Positions 62,839-64,000 of a DNA stretch of 64,000 nucleotides are shown here, piece by piece. A program made the translations under genes and the position numbers. The stretch is taken from contig JASGHJ010000002.1 of NCBI GenBank assembly GCA_047602405.1, forward strand, positions 2,048,001-2,112,000. The letters are read 5' to 3'. Each line of letters starts with the position of its first letter. The first letter of the stretch is position 1. The notes under the pieces are model-generated. The model did not search any database. It was not told the origin of the DNA and saw only the letters and a list, made by a program, of their open reading frames with translations. The DNA is from Anaeromyxobacteraceae bacterium. GTDB lineage: Bacteria > Myxococcota > Myxococcia > Myxococcales > Anaeromyxobacteraceae.

Positions 62839-62919
62839 TCAGCCCTGTCGGGCCGCCACCAGGTTGAGCGTCCCGAGGACCGCCACCCCGACCAGCGCCA
62901 CCACGAAGCCGACCAACAT
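62839..62919 (-). CDS. Putative 26-aa single-TM microprotein leading the operon
   Basis: MLVGFVVALVGVAVLGTLNLVAARQG, preceded by GAAAGGGA, lying between the sigma54 promoter and the Fe-S gene. Confidence 0.45.
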   Translation of the reverse strand: MLVGFVVALVGVAVLGTLNLVAARQG

Positions 62920-62986
62920 GGCTGGTTCCCTTTCACTGCAGAGAGCTGCGTTGGCGTTGCGTGAACCCCTCACGCATGTGGGTAAG

Positions 62987-63002
62987 AGCATCACCCGCGC
63001 CA
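62987..63002 (-). promoter_or_regulatory. sigma54 promoter of the Fe-S/NrfD/GcvH-like operon
   Basis: Minus strand TGGCGCGGGTGATGCT (GG-N10-GC). Confidence 0.65.
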
Positions 63003-63379
63003 ACGCGGCCCGCTGCAGCCCGGGGCCTCGAAACGCGCGCATTCACGCACCTTTCCGACCTTCACGGAAGGTGTGCAGTGTCGCGCGCGCATTCGCGCAC
63101 GGGCCCCGCGTGGTGATTCTCGACGGACCAGGAGCACGGACCCGCGACGAAGCGCGCTCACCACGAGTGATCCCACGCGCTTGCGAGCGCCCGGCCGGCG
63201 CGACGCCGCGATCGCTGAGATCCTCCACGCCCGTAACGTGATTCAACGGGCGCAAAGCACGTGTGGTGGCGGGTTCTTGCGCGCAGCCGCGCGCACGCGC
63301 CGGCGCGGCCGCGCGCGAGGGCGCAGCCCGCGGGCGACGCGAGCGGAGCACGAGCGGAGAGGCCGGGACGGCGAGCGGA

Positions 63380-64000
63380 TCAGCCCTGCTTCGCGACCTC
63401 TTCCTCGCCGTCGCGCCTGAGGCCCCACTTCTTCATCTTGTTGTAGAGCGTCACCCGGTCGATGCCGAGGATGCGGGCCGACTGGCTCACGTTGCCGCCG
63501 GTGTGGGCCAGCACCGCCGAGACGTGGCGGCGCTCGACCTCCTCCAGCGAGGCCATCGTGCCCGGCCGCGGCGGCGCCTCGCCGCGCGCGGGCAGGCCGA
63601 GGTCGGAGGTCTGGATCTGCGTGCCGGTCGCGACCACCGCGCCGCGCTCGAGCACGTTCCTGAGCTCGCGGACGTTGCCCGGCCAGTCGTGCGCCATGAT
63701 GGCCGCGAGCGCCTCGGCGGAGAGGCCGTCGAGCTTCTTCTTCATCTCGAGGGCGAGCCGCTCCACGAAGCTCTCCACGAGCAGCGGGATGTCCTCCCGG
63801 CGGTCGCGGAGCGGCGGGATCAGGATGGGGATCACGTTGAGGCGGTAGAAGAGATCCTCGCGGAACCGCCCCTCGGCGACCGCCTTGCGGAGGTCGCGGT
63901 TCGTCGCGGCGATGATCCGCACGTCGACGTCGATCTGCTCGTTGCCGCCCACCCGGTGGAACTTCCGCTCCTCGAGCACCCGGAGGAGGTCGAGCTGGAG
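63380..64000 (-). CDS. sigma54-dependent activator, C-terminal part (5' end lies outside the window)
   Basis: DVRIIAATNRDL, FREDLFYRLNV, WPGNVRELRN, GNVSQSARILGIDRVTLYNKM. Confidence 0.93.
   Translation of the reverse strand, partial: LQLDLLRVLEERKFHRVGGNEQIDVDVRIIAATNRDLRKAVAEGRFREDLFYRLNVIPILIPPLRDRREDIPLLVESFVERLALEMKKKLDGLSAEALAAIMAHDWPGNVRELRNVLERGAVVATGTQIQTSDLGLPARGEAPPRPGTMASLEEVERRHVSAVLAHTGGNVSQSARILGIDRVTLYNKMKKWGLRRDGEEEVAKQG

Noticed and set aside
63109..63249. CGT-N11-ACG-like enhancer sites upstream of the Fe-S/NrfD operon
   Set aside because: Too degenerate to distinguish from background without a motif search

Overview
High-GC (roughly 70-75% by eye) bacterial DNA. Gene content and codon style suggest an Anaeromyxobacter-like Myxococcota/deltaproteobacterium (inference). 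Most of the window is an extracellular-electron-transfer island. (i) A clear OmcS-type hexaheme nanowire cytochrome sits in an omcS-companion (osc)-like cluster: NHL propeller, omcS, beta-propeller lipoprotein, beta-barrel, two PelC/CsgG-like proteins, PPIase-like chaperone, 26-heme and 16-heme cytochromes, NHL propeller. (ii) A 35-heme repetitive lipoprotein cytochrome. (iii) A split CbcL/CbcBA-like quinol oxidoreductase. (iv) A HybA/HybB(NrfCD)-like operon with no catalytic subunit but with a triheme cytochrome and two membrane-anchored, lipoyl-lysine-less GcvH-like proteins. (v) hemA followed by a heme-c-motif sensor kinase and a sigma54 activator. Interleaved are about 15 glycosylation-related genes: six TMTC-like DD-motif/TPR GT-C proteins, five other GT-C-like membrane proteins, two GT2 enzymes, RmlD and a methyltransferase. 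Six sigma54 promoters are readable. Four of them share an upstream TGGG(G/C)-N6-(C/A)CCCA palindrome at near-constant spacing, which suggests a regulon. Five +1 frameshifts are present, four at GATC sites, and are probably sequencing artefacts. The left end holds a frameshifted hybrid kinase-GGDEF gene, typA, a stand-alone rplC and an RpoH-family sigma factor. No rRNA, tRNA, CRISPR or transposase was seen.
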